Assembly: GCF_009834535.1 (NCBI RefSeq)
Contig: NC_045697.1
Coordinates: 61,382,001-61,446,000 of the forward strand
Source of the DNA: Camelus ferus
Lineage: Eukaryota
Length of the DNA: 64,000 nucleotides
Direction of reading: 5' to 3'
Positions 13,895 to 25,519 of this stretch are shown here, in pieces. Position 1 is the stretch's first letter; each line of letters starts with the position of its first letter. A model generated the notes under the pieces. It worked only from the letters and a program-made list of their open reading frames with translations. It was not told where the DNA came from and made no database searches. Made by a program: the position numbers and the translations under genes.

Positions 13895-14507
13895 TGTTAG
13901 AGCAGGAAGATAACTAGATACGAGCAGAGAGACGGGGACACAGACCAAATGACAGAAATTGGGCAGAAAGGAGGGGCACAAGCCAAATGCAGGAAAACAT
14001 ACATCATATAAGCACCAGGGGCCCCTGGGCAGAGAAAGAAAAGCAGGAATCTTTGGGCTAATAAGGGGCCACACCTTTTGGCCTGGAGACCAACAAAGAA
14101 AGGTCAGAAAAGGCAGGAATTTCCAGGGCCTGAATGTAACCTTTTGCTCATTATGCCCTCATTTCAATAAAATTGGCCTTGCAAGTCAGAAGTACCCATC
14201 ATGCACAAAAATGCCTCCTCCCTTTGGGAAGGTGGAGTTGGGATGATAATCAGGAAATATGACCCCAAGCCCTTGCCTCCTCAATGAATATTCTGCCAAT
14301 TCATTTTTACACGCTAGGTAACTAACTTGCCAAGGAAACTCAGGGAGGGCAGCTGCTCACCTGAGCCTGCCCGCTCTCCCCTTGAGAGTGTACTGTCCAT
14401 TCTTTCATAAATCCTCACTTTACTTTTCTTAACCTCTAAGTCTTGTCTCTGAATTCTTTCTGGGACAGGACAAGAACCTGGAACAGCCGTTGGATCCACT
14501 GGCAACA
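13895..14507 (+). mobile_element. ERV1-type solo LTR, copy A (same family as 54760-55409)
   Basis: TGTTAG...GCAACA termini, 613 bp; colinear and highly similar to 54760-55409; decayed polyA signal 'cataaa' near 14406; flanks CAAA / TGAA. Confidence 0.9.
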
Positions 14508-14859
14508 TGAACACCACTGTAGACATTATCTAATCTGTTGTCTTCACTTTTCCCTCTTGTACCCAGATTCCTCCCTTTTCTATGTTTCCTCTATATTCCT
14601 CTATATTTCCATTACTTCACCTAATCATTTTTCAACATGCATATTCCACAGGAAGTACTCAATGAATATTTGTTAAATAGGAGATACTCAATATATTACT
14701 TTTATTAATCGATTTGCAGTGAAATGAACAAAAGGGGCTTAAAAATTTAAGACAAAAAAATAGAGTAACTGAATTTCTGAGATGCAAAGAACATGAGAGA
14801 ATTTTGTCTAACCTGATCACAACTAATAATGCTATGTAATCTGCTCAGGAAAGAAGAAT

Positions 14860-15034
14860 GGTAACAACAGGTAAGATGTATTGAGTATTATGCTCCAGGT
14901 ACTTGGCTAAGCATTTTAAGTGTTTAACTTATTTTTCTTAACAATTCTCTGCAGTAGATATTGTTACCACACCCACTTTACAGTTCTCAAGCCTTCCCAA
15001 GCCCCACCCATTCCAGGAGGAAACTGAAATATAG
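14860..15034 (-). mobile_element. MIR SINE, interrupted by MLT1B; resumes at about 15814-15900
   Basis: 'tattgagtattatgctccaggtacttggctaagcatttta...cccactttacag...gaggaaactga', then after the LTR 'gtaacttatttgtcccaagctcaattagtaagtg'. Confidence 0.7.
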
Positions 15035-15813
15035 TGTGTTAGTTTGCTAGGGCTACCTTAAACGAAGTACCAAAAACTGACTGGTTTAAACAACAGAAAT
15101 GTGTTGTCTGACACTTCTGGAGGCTAGAAGTTTGAGATCGATACATCAGCAGGGTTGGTTCCTTCTGAGGGCTGTGAAAGAGAATCCTCAAGGGAGACAG
15201 CGCCCTCCACCTCCCAGTGTCTGTGGGAAGGCAGGGCCTAATTTTGCTGGGATGTGATTCCAAGTTGCAAAACTACCCTGTCATGAGGATACAAGAAGTG
15301 TGTTTCCTTCTGGATAAAGCCAATTAGCCAACACAGAAGGTTACTCTAATTATCAGGTGAACTGCATGTGACAGAAGGGGCTGTCAAGTTCTTTTACTTG
15401 ACTAGTCATTGTTTATCTTGAAAACGCATGCCATGGGTTGTATCTGCTTGGTTACATAAAAGAGTGAGGATATCTTTCTGTCTTTACAACCCTTTAGCGA
15501 TTGTCTGGGATACACATCACATTCTGGTTTAACTCTGGTTCAATAATAAAACTATTTCCTTTCTCTACTACCTTTATGGAGAGGTTTTCTGGGTTAGAGG
15601 AAGAGTTTGTTTTACTTAATTTCCCTAACAGTACCTCTATGCCCAAATTTCCCCTTTTTATAAGGGCATGTTGGATTAAGGGCCACTCTAATCACCTCAT
15701 CTTAATTTACATCTTCAATAACCCTATTTCCAAGTAAGGTCACGTTGTGAGGTATTGAGTGTAGAACTTTAACATATGACGTGGGGAGGGAGGATCCAGT
15801 TCAATCCATAACA
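15035..15813 (-). mobile_element. MaLR LTR (MLT1B-like), split by an ERV1 LTR
   Basis: 15035-15186 'tgtgttagtttgctagggct...aacaacagaaat...ctggaggctagaag...gagggctgtga' and 15631-15813 'ccaaatttccccttttta...ttcaatccataaca'. Confidence 0.85.
15187..15630 (+). mobile_element. ERV1 LTR (MER34-like), 5'-truncated
   Basis: Ends 'aataataaaactatttcctttctctactacctttatggagaggttttctgggtt...ttccctaaca', resembling the MER34 3' end, with AATAAA. Confidence 0.7.
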
Positions 15814-18139
15814 AAGAGAGTAACTTATTTGTCCCAAGCTCAATTAGTAAGTGAAAGAACTACAGTGTCTGACCATGTGTATCTCATACACATGCTTTTT
15901 AAGTGCTATCCATACTTATTTCAAGTGTTTTTCCATCCTGTAGAAATCTAAAGGCAAAATGACCAAATTTCACATAATGGCAGACTCACTCAAAATAAAC
16001 TGCAATTTCAGGCTAAAGCATTTCTAATGGGTATTTTGCTTAAGAAGAAATGTTATTCATTTCTCATTTTTTTTACTCTCAGACCTAGAAAGAGCTGTAT
16101 CATCGGTACAATCAGCTTCAAACACGAAAATATTTTTAGATCTTTAACATGAATTTAAAATAGTATTACATAAAAGTGCTTTAAAAAAAAAAAGCAAGTG
16201 AGTTTTTTTTCCATAAAAATAACCACCTGATAAATTATATATGGGCCCATAATTTGATTCTAAATGTAACTTTTACCAGCCAGAGACTTTAACAGGAAGA
16301 AGGAAACAAAGGAAATGAACTCCCTGCTTCCCAGTCACAGCTCTGTTTCAAGTGCAATGATCTTCTCCTTTTCTTCTTCAATTTTTTAAAAGTCCTGCAA
16401 ACTCTTTCATTACAGCATCTCTGCCATACAAAACCATCTGAACATGAATTATTTCTAATTCTTAATAGGACTTTCAAATGAAAAAATGTGTTTATGGCTT
16501 TTATTGTTGCATTTCATCTATTCTCAGGCTAGACTTCACTGCTGGCTTCTTCTTTATTGGTGCAGGAGAAGTTTATTGCATAATTCATAGCCCATTAATG
16601 ATCTGGCAACCAACAAAACTCTTAAGGCACTGCAAAAATAGCCATGTCCACTACACAGAGAGATTAACTGCACTTGGATGATATGAACAACTGTGCAGAG
16701 AAAACAGGTAGATCTAGGAGGGACATGTTTAAGCCAAGAAACTAAATTCACATTCTGATTTTCATTCAAAGGGAATTTTTCCCTTACTTAGGGCAATCTA
16801 AGAAACACTAATATTATCTATGCATTACAGAAGCATAGAAATATTTACTTGATTATTAACAAATAGAACTTTACGTGAAAATATAAATCTTCTATTTCTG
16901 TCTTTGGAAATAAAGTGGTAAGTATGCTCTAATTAATTCTGTGGATTGGATAGAGTACTTTTTGTGATATGGCATCAATAAAGCCCATCACCTGTTCCAT
17001 ATATTTTTTTCCTACCCAGTCAGTAAAGAGTTCATGAGGCAAACTTCAGTTTTTAGTCATTTCTTCTGGGCCCTCCTTCTAAGTATTTCATTTTTCATAG
17101 AAATGGATATAATGATTCTGCTGCCTTTCAATAATACTCTTCCTGCCAGTACAAGTTCATCCTGGCATAGGAGATTCAGCTTACGTGAGCTATTGGCCAA
17201 TCAGTCTCAGATCACACTCTGTACCACCAGGTCTTACCCTGTTTCTGCAGTGATTTTCTCCAGCTGTGTTGCTGAGGTAATATAGTAAGCATTGATAAAA
17301 TATTTGAAATCTTTCTTTTTTATTTGAAGACATGTTCAGAGTTTTCTCCAAGTCAACTCTGGGAACCTTTGACACATTGTGTACTTTCTAAAATAACTTA
17401 TAAATTTGGAGATTTTTTTTTAAAGTTGGAGAACTTCAAAAGAGAAAAAGAAAAGAAAGCTGATAGTTTCAAATACATTCAGATGCTTATATAAGCCATA
17501 CATACTAGGCTTGCAAAGCAAAAAGCCATGAAGTAATGTCTGAAACATTGTTTTTCTAAGTGGGCACAGCACTGTGACCTATAAGTAGCCTCTCTCTTTC
17601 ATATCTTAAGTTTTACCTCTTAAGTAGCTTCCCTTTGCATGTTTTTGATGAAAGCATTATATGGATCTTATATTTCTTCTCCAGGGTTATGTCACACATG
17701 CCAATTCAAGAAGCCTGCAACCACGCCAGGCTAATTTCCTTGTAACACCTAAATGTAGACTACTTGCTGTCTTCTTCCAGCTATTTGTTGTGAGAATCTC
17801 ACCACCTACCACCTAGAATCTCTTCCTTTTGCTTGATGACCTTTTAAATTCCTCAAAACTTAAAAAAGTTCCATCTTCTCTAAGTTAATATATTCCTTCT
17901 CTGCATTCCTACAGAATAGAGTAGGAGGAACTCCAGTGGACATTGTAGAACAACAGCCCTCATTTTATAGGGGAAAGATTCTGAGCTGTATCCTTGACTT
18001 CTTCTTATGAGTCATAATTTAAGAATACTTTCAAATCCCTTGAGACTCCTCCAGCCAAAAATAATGCAATACTATAATTATATTGTAAACTTTCAAAGGT
18101 CAACAATAGTACTTATGTTGCTTTTGTGCAATCAACCAA

Positions 18140-18470
18140 TCATCCAATAAATAAAAAATGGAAATCTACTATACACAAGTACTATATTAAGTGCTGTAGG
18201 AAATCCAGAGAAGTATACATAAGACGTTTCTCCTCTAGGCCCATGCAGGGTCCTTGAGGAATAAGAGAAAAACTATTGTAAGATGTGAAAACAATTATAA
18301 GAGTGAAAGAGGAAGGACCACTCTGGTCTAGAAAAAGCCTTTCTAGAGGAGATGAGGCCTGGACTAAATCCTGAATTATGGGTTAAAGATGGTTAGATAA
18401 TGAGAAAATAGTAATATCAGAGACATGAAGATGGCAATTTACAAGGTCTGCTCCAAGAACACATTTGCTT
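18140..18470 (-). mobile_element. L2 fragment
   Basis: 'atctactatacacaagtactatattaagtgctg' and 'aaaagcctttctagaggagatgaggcctggactaaatcctgaa'. Confidence 0.6.
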
Positions 18471-18521
18471 GAAAGTTAATAAAAACACGTAGAAAAGAAT
18501 AGGTTTTAAAAGTTAGCCATC

Positions 18522-19982
18522 TTATTGGCACAAAAACAGACATATGAATCAATGGAACAGAATAGAGAGCCCAGAAATAACCCCACACACCTACAGGCAA
18601 TTAATCTTTCACAAAGGAGGCAAGAATATACAATGGAGTAAAGACAGCCTCTTCAGCAAGTGGTGTTGGGAAAACTGGACAGCTGCATGTAAATTAATGA
18701 AGGTAGAACACTCCCTCACACTGTACATAAAAATAAACCCCAAATGGCTTAAAGACAAATATAAGATACGACACCATAAACTTCCTAGAAGAGAATTTAG
18801 GCAAAACAGTCTCTGACAGAAATCGTAGCAATATTTCTTAGGTCAATTTCCAAAGGCAACAGAAATAAAAGCAAACATAAATAAACAGGACCGAACTAAA
18901 CTTACAAGCTTTGGCACAGCAAAGGAAACAATAAATGAAATAAAAAGACAACCTACAGAATGGAAGAAAATATTTGCAAATGATATGACCTACAAGGGCT
19001 TAATTTCCAGAATATACAAACAGCTCATACAACTCAGTAACAACAACAACAACAACAAAACCCAATCCAAAAGTGGGCAGAAGACCTAAATGGACATTTC
19101 TCTAATGAAGACACACAAATGGCCAATAAGAAAAAAAGCTCAATATCGCTAATAATTAGAGAAATGCAAATCAAAACTACAATGAGGTATCACCTCACAC
19201 CAGTCAGAATGGCCATGATTAAAAAGTCCACAAACAATAAATGCTAGAGAAGATGTGGAGAAAAGGAAGCCCTCCTACATTGGTGGGAATGTAAACTGGT
19301 GCAGTCACTATGGAGAACATTATAGAGGTTCCTTAGAAAACTAAAAACAGAGTTACCGTATGTCCAGCAATCCTACTCCTGGATGTATATTCAGAGAAAA
19401 CTCTCATTTGAAAAGATAACTTCCATGCACTCCAATGTTCATAGCAGCACTATTTACAGTAGCCAAGACATGGAAGCAACCTAAATGTCTATCAACAGAT
19501 GAATGGATAAAGAAGATGTGATATATATGCAATGGGATATTACTCAGTCATAAAAAAGAATAAAATAATGTCATTTGCAGCAACTTGGATGGACCTAGTG
19601 ATTATCATACTAAATGAAGTTAAGATACACAAAGACAAATATCATACCATATCACTTATATGTGGAATATAAAAAAAGTGATACAAATGAACTTATTTGC
19701 AAAACAGAAACAGACTCATAGACATAGAAAACAAATATATGTTTGTTTCCCCAAAGGGGAAAGAAGGTAGGAAGGGATAAATTGGGAGTTTGGGATTAGT
19801 AGATACAAACTATTATATATAAAATAGATGAACAACAAGGTCCTACTGTATAGCACAGACAACTATATTCAATATCTTGTAATAAAATATAATGGAAAAG
19901 AATGTGAAAAAGAATATATTTATATGAATCACTTTGCTATATACCAGAAACTAAAACATGTGAATCAACTATACTTCAATAA
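18522..19982 (+). mobile_element. L1 LINE, 5'-truncated (ORF2 C-terminal part + 3' UTR), with TSD
   Basis: ORF 18544-18816 [45 protein letters not shown] is L1 ORF2; 3' UTR ends 'ctatacttcaataaaa'; 14-bp TSD aaaagttagccatc (18508-18521) / aaaagttagtcatc (19983-19996). Confidence 0.97.
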
Positions 19983-21269
19983 AAAAGTTAGTCATCAGTC
20001 CTATTGTGAAGTGACTTCATTTCCAGTTTCAGAAGCCTGATCTTGATCTTCAGAATAAATAATACGACATTGTAAACAAAACATTATGATTTTTGAGTAC
20101 AGGAATATGGCCAGAAGAAAACAGTGATTTGGGGGGAAATTAAACATGTATAAATATCTAGAATGAATTGTTGCAGAGAGAGATTGGACATAATGTGATT
20201 ACTTAATTTATAGTGATAGTCCAGAAAGGAGATGACAGTGAGGGGAGGAAATATTAGAATACACAAACAAAAACAGTGGTACTGTGAGATGAATAATTTT
20301 GCATGGTATTATGCATATAGTGTATTTCCCAAACTTTCTTGATGATGGAGTTAATAAATAAGCTTCAATCAAAAGGACAATTTGGAGGAAGTAGCATCAA
20401 AAGAGATTCCTCTGCATTACTTGAAATTCAGCCTAATGTTTACAGAATATTAGAGTAGACCTTTGCCCAACAGGAATATTGTGCTTCATCTTAGGAAGGG
20501 TTGGGTTTAACTAATAAGCTTAGAATCCTGGCTTTGGGCATATTGTTGGCACTAAGTTATTAAAAGCAGGAGTGGCATTTTTCTTTATGTTTCCTATGCA
20601 GTTAAAGTTAGGCATTAAAACAACAAAGAAGAAAAAGTAAAGGAAATGAATAGGAAGAAATTCAAGAAAGATAAAAGTAAACCTACTGGCAAACACAGCC
20701 AAAGAAGGCAGCAATTCCAAAAACTACCGAAGAAATTGCAAACAGCACATGCTGCACTGTCCCTCCTGAGGATACCAGTGTCCAGTGACAATGGTACCGA
20801 ATGAGCAAATGAGGGCACTACCGCTGCTGTAAGCCTGATGACTAATAGCGCCACCCCAGCCAAGGCTTTGGTATTATTTGTAAACAATACCCGATATAAT
20901 AATGTAATGGAGCCAAAGTGACTTCAGCCATTACTATCAGTAGCAGAACTACTTGAGAAATCTGCTCTCAATATCTCCTAAAGTTTATGGAGAAGTAGCT
21001 CTTTTACCTTTAATCCACCTTATATTCATAGAGGCCAGGCAGTAGAACCATCTTAAGTAATGAAGCTTTTCCATGTTTACCAATTGCCCTGGAACCAAAC
21101 TTTTGGATTTTAACAATCTTTCCCCTTAGGATAATCAGTTGCCTAAGATGTATAGATTCCTGATGGATACCCTCTCTTGTTCTCCTTTGTGACTAAATGC
21201 AAAGGTGAAAGTGAACAGAGTATTGACTCAATCTAAGTACTTTATCCTTGACAGTAGTAGGATACTGGA

Positions 21270-21510
21270 AAGCTGCATAGTCTAGAAGAGGTTAAGTGTA
21301 AATACTTTGAAATAAGTCTAAATCTGGTGCAAATCTTGGTTCTGGCACCTACTTACATAAGCAGGCACTTCACTCTCTCACCATACATTTTCTAAGTCAT
21401 TTAGTTGAAATAACAATATCAGACTCCAAGGTTGTTATGAAGATTAAATGATACAATGAAAATAGCTCAACTAGCTCCTGCCAGAAACAGAATATTTGTT
21501 CAATAAATAG
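21270..21510 (+). mobile_element. MIR SINE
   Basis: 'ctttgaaataagtctaaatctggtgcaaatcttggttctggcacctact...ggttgttatgaagattaaatga...ttcaataaatag'. Confidence 0.75.
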
Positions 21511-22679
21511 TAGGCAGTCTGTTTTCTATAGATAAAATAAACCAATCCTGAACACTGAAACAAAAATTGCAAAAAGTGAATACCTTTAGCTAGTGAAAGA
21601 TAAATCAGATCACAGCAGGGCTACAAGAAGTTGACAAAGAGGATGTGCACAGTGCAAATTTCCTACTATGAAAACCAGAAGCTGTGCAATACACAGTTTA
21701 AAAATACTTCATGATTGGGTAAAAAAAATTCCTAAGTATAGTTTGATTTCATAATTTCTTGATTCTTTTTTATAGTCACACTTACAGAATAACAAACAAT
21801 AACACTGTACAGTCTAGGTATGTTAAAGTCTTTCTATTTTCTTGGTGTAATTTCAATTTCTACTTTTAGGAGTCCAAGGTGCTAATGGTCCCATGATTGG
21901 TACACAGAGAATTACTTGTATACATATTCTAATAATTTTATATCTGTATATTTTTAAATAAAAATGTTAACTTGATGTTAATTTGTTGGTATCATCAGTT
22001 TAAGAAGCTATGGCATGGACTTAATAGAAACCAAAACATATAACATACTTCTAGGTACAGAATCCTCTAATCTACTGTTATTGAAAGAAATGAGTAGGAA
22101 GGAATAGCAGATTTAATCTGAGTTTTTTTTTAATACTTAGCCAAGTGTTTAACAAACTTAATAGAATCTGTAATGAAACAGTGATCATACAGTTTATGAT
22201 AGTTAAAACATATAGGTGATATAGCAGAAATATGCCCAACGTCCTCTCAAAACCTTAAAAATATGTGAGTGGCAAAAATATTAAAATAATTGTTATGTTG
22301 TGCCTTGAACTCATTATCCTGCATTCCACTTAGATGATCATAAAAACAAATGAAACAGATTCAAAGCTCCAGGACTACTGAGAACTCCTGGGTTGCATAT
22401 AGAATAATATTTATAAATAGGGACTTTGTAGCCAGGCAGGCATGGGTCCGAGTCCCGAGGTATGCAATTTGCTAACTCTATTACATTACATAAATGGAAT
22501 GCTTTCATCTTGCATCATGTTAACATTGTAATTGATGTTATAAGAACCATTATTATAACTAACAATAAAACACTAAAGGAATACTATCATGATTATGTAT
22601 CATTTTCTATAATTTCTAATCAATGCAGTAACATATGAAATATGAATGAGATAATAACTAATACAAATTAACAAAAACT

Positions 22680-22930
22680 AAAAGAATACAAGAATTATCA
22701 GGCAAATCAACTGAAGACCATAGCTTTCCAAAAAAACACATATGGTTGTTACCTGACAAATTTGGCAACACAAATCAATCAAAAAGATAAGGTTACACAG
22801 TTGGGAAAACTGTTAATATATGTAACATTTTAACCATATATGTTTCAAATGAATTAAAGAGCCAGAAAAAAATAAAACATAGAAAAGATATTTTTAAATC
22901 TCTCAATCAGAAGGTATTTCTAAGAAAAGT
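22680..22930 (+). mobile_element. Very old L1 ORF2 fragment
   Basis: 'ttgggaaaactg', 'tttcaaatgaattaaaga' and 'aaaacatagaaaagatatttt' occur in L1 ORF2 order. Confidence 0.5.
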
Positions 22931-23039
22931 AGAATAAAACATGTAGATCAACTAATCTTTGAGTTTGAGTCCTTATGGCAATTTTAGTACCTTTCAATTA
23001 TATCCCACTTTAATTCTGAAGATGAAGGAAAACAAAAAT

Positions 23040-23270
23040 ATGTGGATAGAATATTGACTAAGTGTATTGGCCGTGAATCACACTTTTGCTATAGCTGTGC
23101 AAACATGCTTGGGCAAAGCAAGTAACATTTCTCTGCCTCAGTTTATGTCTCATCTGTAAAATGGGGATAATGGTAATACTTCACAGCTTTGGTTTTGAAA
23201 TAAAAGAGCACTTATAACAACGGCTGGCAAGTTATAAATACTTACTAGTTGCTGGCTATTATTATTATTT
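23040..23270 (+). mobile_element. MIR SINE
   Basis: Core 'cttgggcaa...tctctgcctcagttt...ctcatctgtaaaatggggataat'; tail 'gctattattatt'. Confidence 0.85.
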
Positions 23271-23889
23271 TATTATACATCACATAAAATGACACCCAAA
23301 AGAAAACATACTATCATGAAGTAATAAATACAAATACATAAAGACTGGGAACATGGTGAAGGCGGCAATTTGACTCAATAAGTAAAACAAAATGACCCCT
23401 CTTGTTATGGTAGGGCTTCAGACTTAGTCCTACTCTCAGCCAATCCAAAAAGAAACATCATTTACACAATCCCACTACAAACAAGATGAAAATTAAAAGT
23501 TGCTCTGAAGTAGTGGTATTTTCTAATCTAAAAATCAATCAGGAATTTCTACCATGAGAATGTATTCTACACTACAAGCCCCTTCGTCTGTCCTCATTTC
23601 AACATCACGCTGCTCATATACGCCTATCTCTAACTGTCAAACAGTGATCACGAGGTACTTCTTCTCTAACCAGAAGATTATTTTTGTTGGTGGATTCAAG
23701 TGTTTCCCATTTCCATTGCTTTCACTTGTCTTCTATCAGGATTCCTGACGCAGCCGGGAAAACCGGCAGAGCTTCTCACTGAACGTGGTGTTGAAGTTCA
23801 ATCCCACTGCGTAGCACAGGAGGTCCTACTTGCCATTCTTTTTCTCCATCACGACAGCACCCTGTGTGTGGGCCATTAAGAACTGACTG

Positions 23890-24250
23890 TCATCTCTCAG
23901 TGTTTCACGGTGCCTTTACAAATGCTTGAAAAGTATCTTTTTCATCAGAAACGTTTCTGCTCCCTGATCCAACTAGCTGTCTCATATTCATGCCCCAAGA
24001 ATCAAGTTCCCTCCTCTGAAAAGTCTTCTTCTGACTTCTTCACGCTGAGGAAGATGCTGCTCCCCTATCTCCCACAGCTCCCTGCATAGATATCTTTTAT
24101 GCCACAGATGTAAAGTCACCACTTATGTGACTTTCTTTCCGACAAGACAATGGGCTCTTTGCAGGCAACTTCTGCGTTTTAATCATCGGTGCTGAAATCT
24201 ACACGATGTGCTTACTCAATACTTGTCAAAGGAATTATTGAGTGAGTAAA
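23890..24250 (+). mobile_element. L2 3' region; may extend upstream to about 23560
   Basis: 'caagttccctcctctgaaaagtcttcttctgac', 'tgggctctttgcaggca', 'actcaatacttgtcaaaggaatt...gagtgagtaaa'. Confidence 0.65.
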
Positions 24251-25519
24251 TAAGTCTGTGTGAGTATGTGAAGTGAATGAAACATAGTGTGTGAACAATG
24301 CATGTGTTTCTTCTCCTGATTTGCTTCCACTAAGTTCTCTGTCACTTGACAGATATCCTATATTGATACTGCAGCTTTGGGGTTGAAGTAAAATTTTTAA
24401 AATATTAAGGGCACTTGAGTATACCAGGTAAGAAAATGAGATAAAAACTTCCCCACTGTAATTGAGCTAATGGTGGGGCTATTTAATAGTGAGGCATTTA
24501 ACACAATGGGATTTTAAATAGAGCTAATTCTAAAGTGCTTAATCTGAATGATGCAATTACTTTAGGATATTGGAAACTAAATTATGACGAAAATACTTTA
24601 TTAGTCATAAATAAACTGCCAATCATTTTTTGTTGTTTAAAACTTTACAAAAAAACCCCTCAGATTTCTTGAATATGGCATCTGATTTAACTACCAGACA
24701 TTAATGAGATTAAATAATTCACTAAAAGTGTCAGCTTTTAATTGGTGCAATTTCATTTCAGCAATGTCCATGCTTTCTTTAAATTATTGAATATGTGACT
24801 TTAGTTCCCACTGAACAGCTTCTATTTAAATGAATTTGAAACACCACCATTTTGACAGAAGAAAATGTCAACCTTTCATACAAAACTACGTAACTGGCCT
24901 ACTGAATTGTTACATGTATTCATCAGAGTAAGGTCCATGATGATATCCTATATATATTTACAAAAATAACTGTTAGACACCTAAATAGTATACATCTTAT
25001 TCCTCAGTTTAAAAAAAGCCAATTATTTAGTAATTTCAAATTTATTTAGATGTTAAAGGAAGGACCAGCACTGAAAATGTTGATATTTGGATTGGAAGAA
25101 TCAGGAGAGCAATCAAAATGGTATAAATGAAGTAAACAGTTCACATTTTTTGGACTAGTAGTGAGCAACTGGTAAAAGTTATGTTTAAAGCTACTAGAAT
25201 GGGCAGATTAAGAAGTCTGTGTGGAAACTTTCTTTAGACATAGTGTTAACTACCTAGAACCCCCAAGTATATAGTCACCATACTCCCCTCATTTTTTGAG
25301 GCATTCCAATTTTAAGCATTCTATCTCTTTTCCCATAAATATTATGATGACTATCAGAAAATTAATCTAAATTTGGAATCCAGATAATTCAGGTCTATCA
25401 TTGATACACTATTTCCTACAAAACCATTTGAATTTCTTAGTATTTAAGTTACTCTATAACATTTCTTGAAGGTATCAACTTCTGTTCAACCCAACTTGAA
25501 CCTGCCAGCCCAAGCCATC

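Noticed and set aside
13959..14246. Similar ORFs at 13959-14246 and 54785-55154 as a duplicated small gene family
   Set aside because: Both lie inside the two LTR copies, and the frames are not preserved between copies.
20615..20887. 90-aa hydrophobic ORF as a membrane protein
   Set aside because: Non-ATG start; the hydrophobic tail comes from an A-rich tract on the + strand; no recognised homology.
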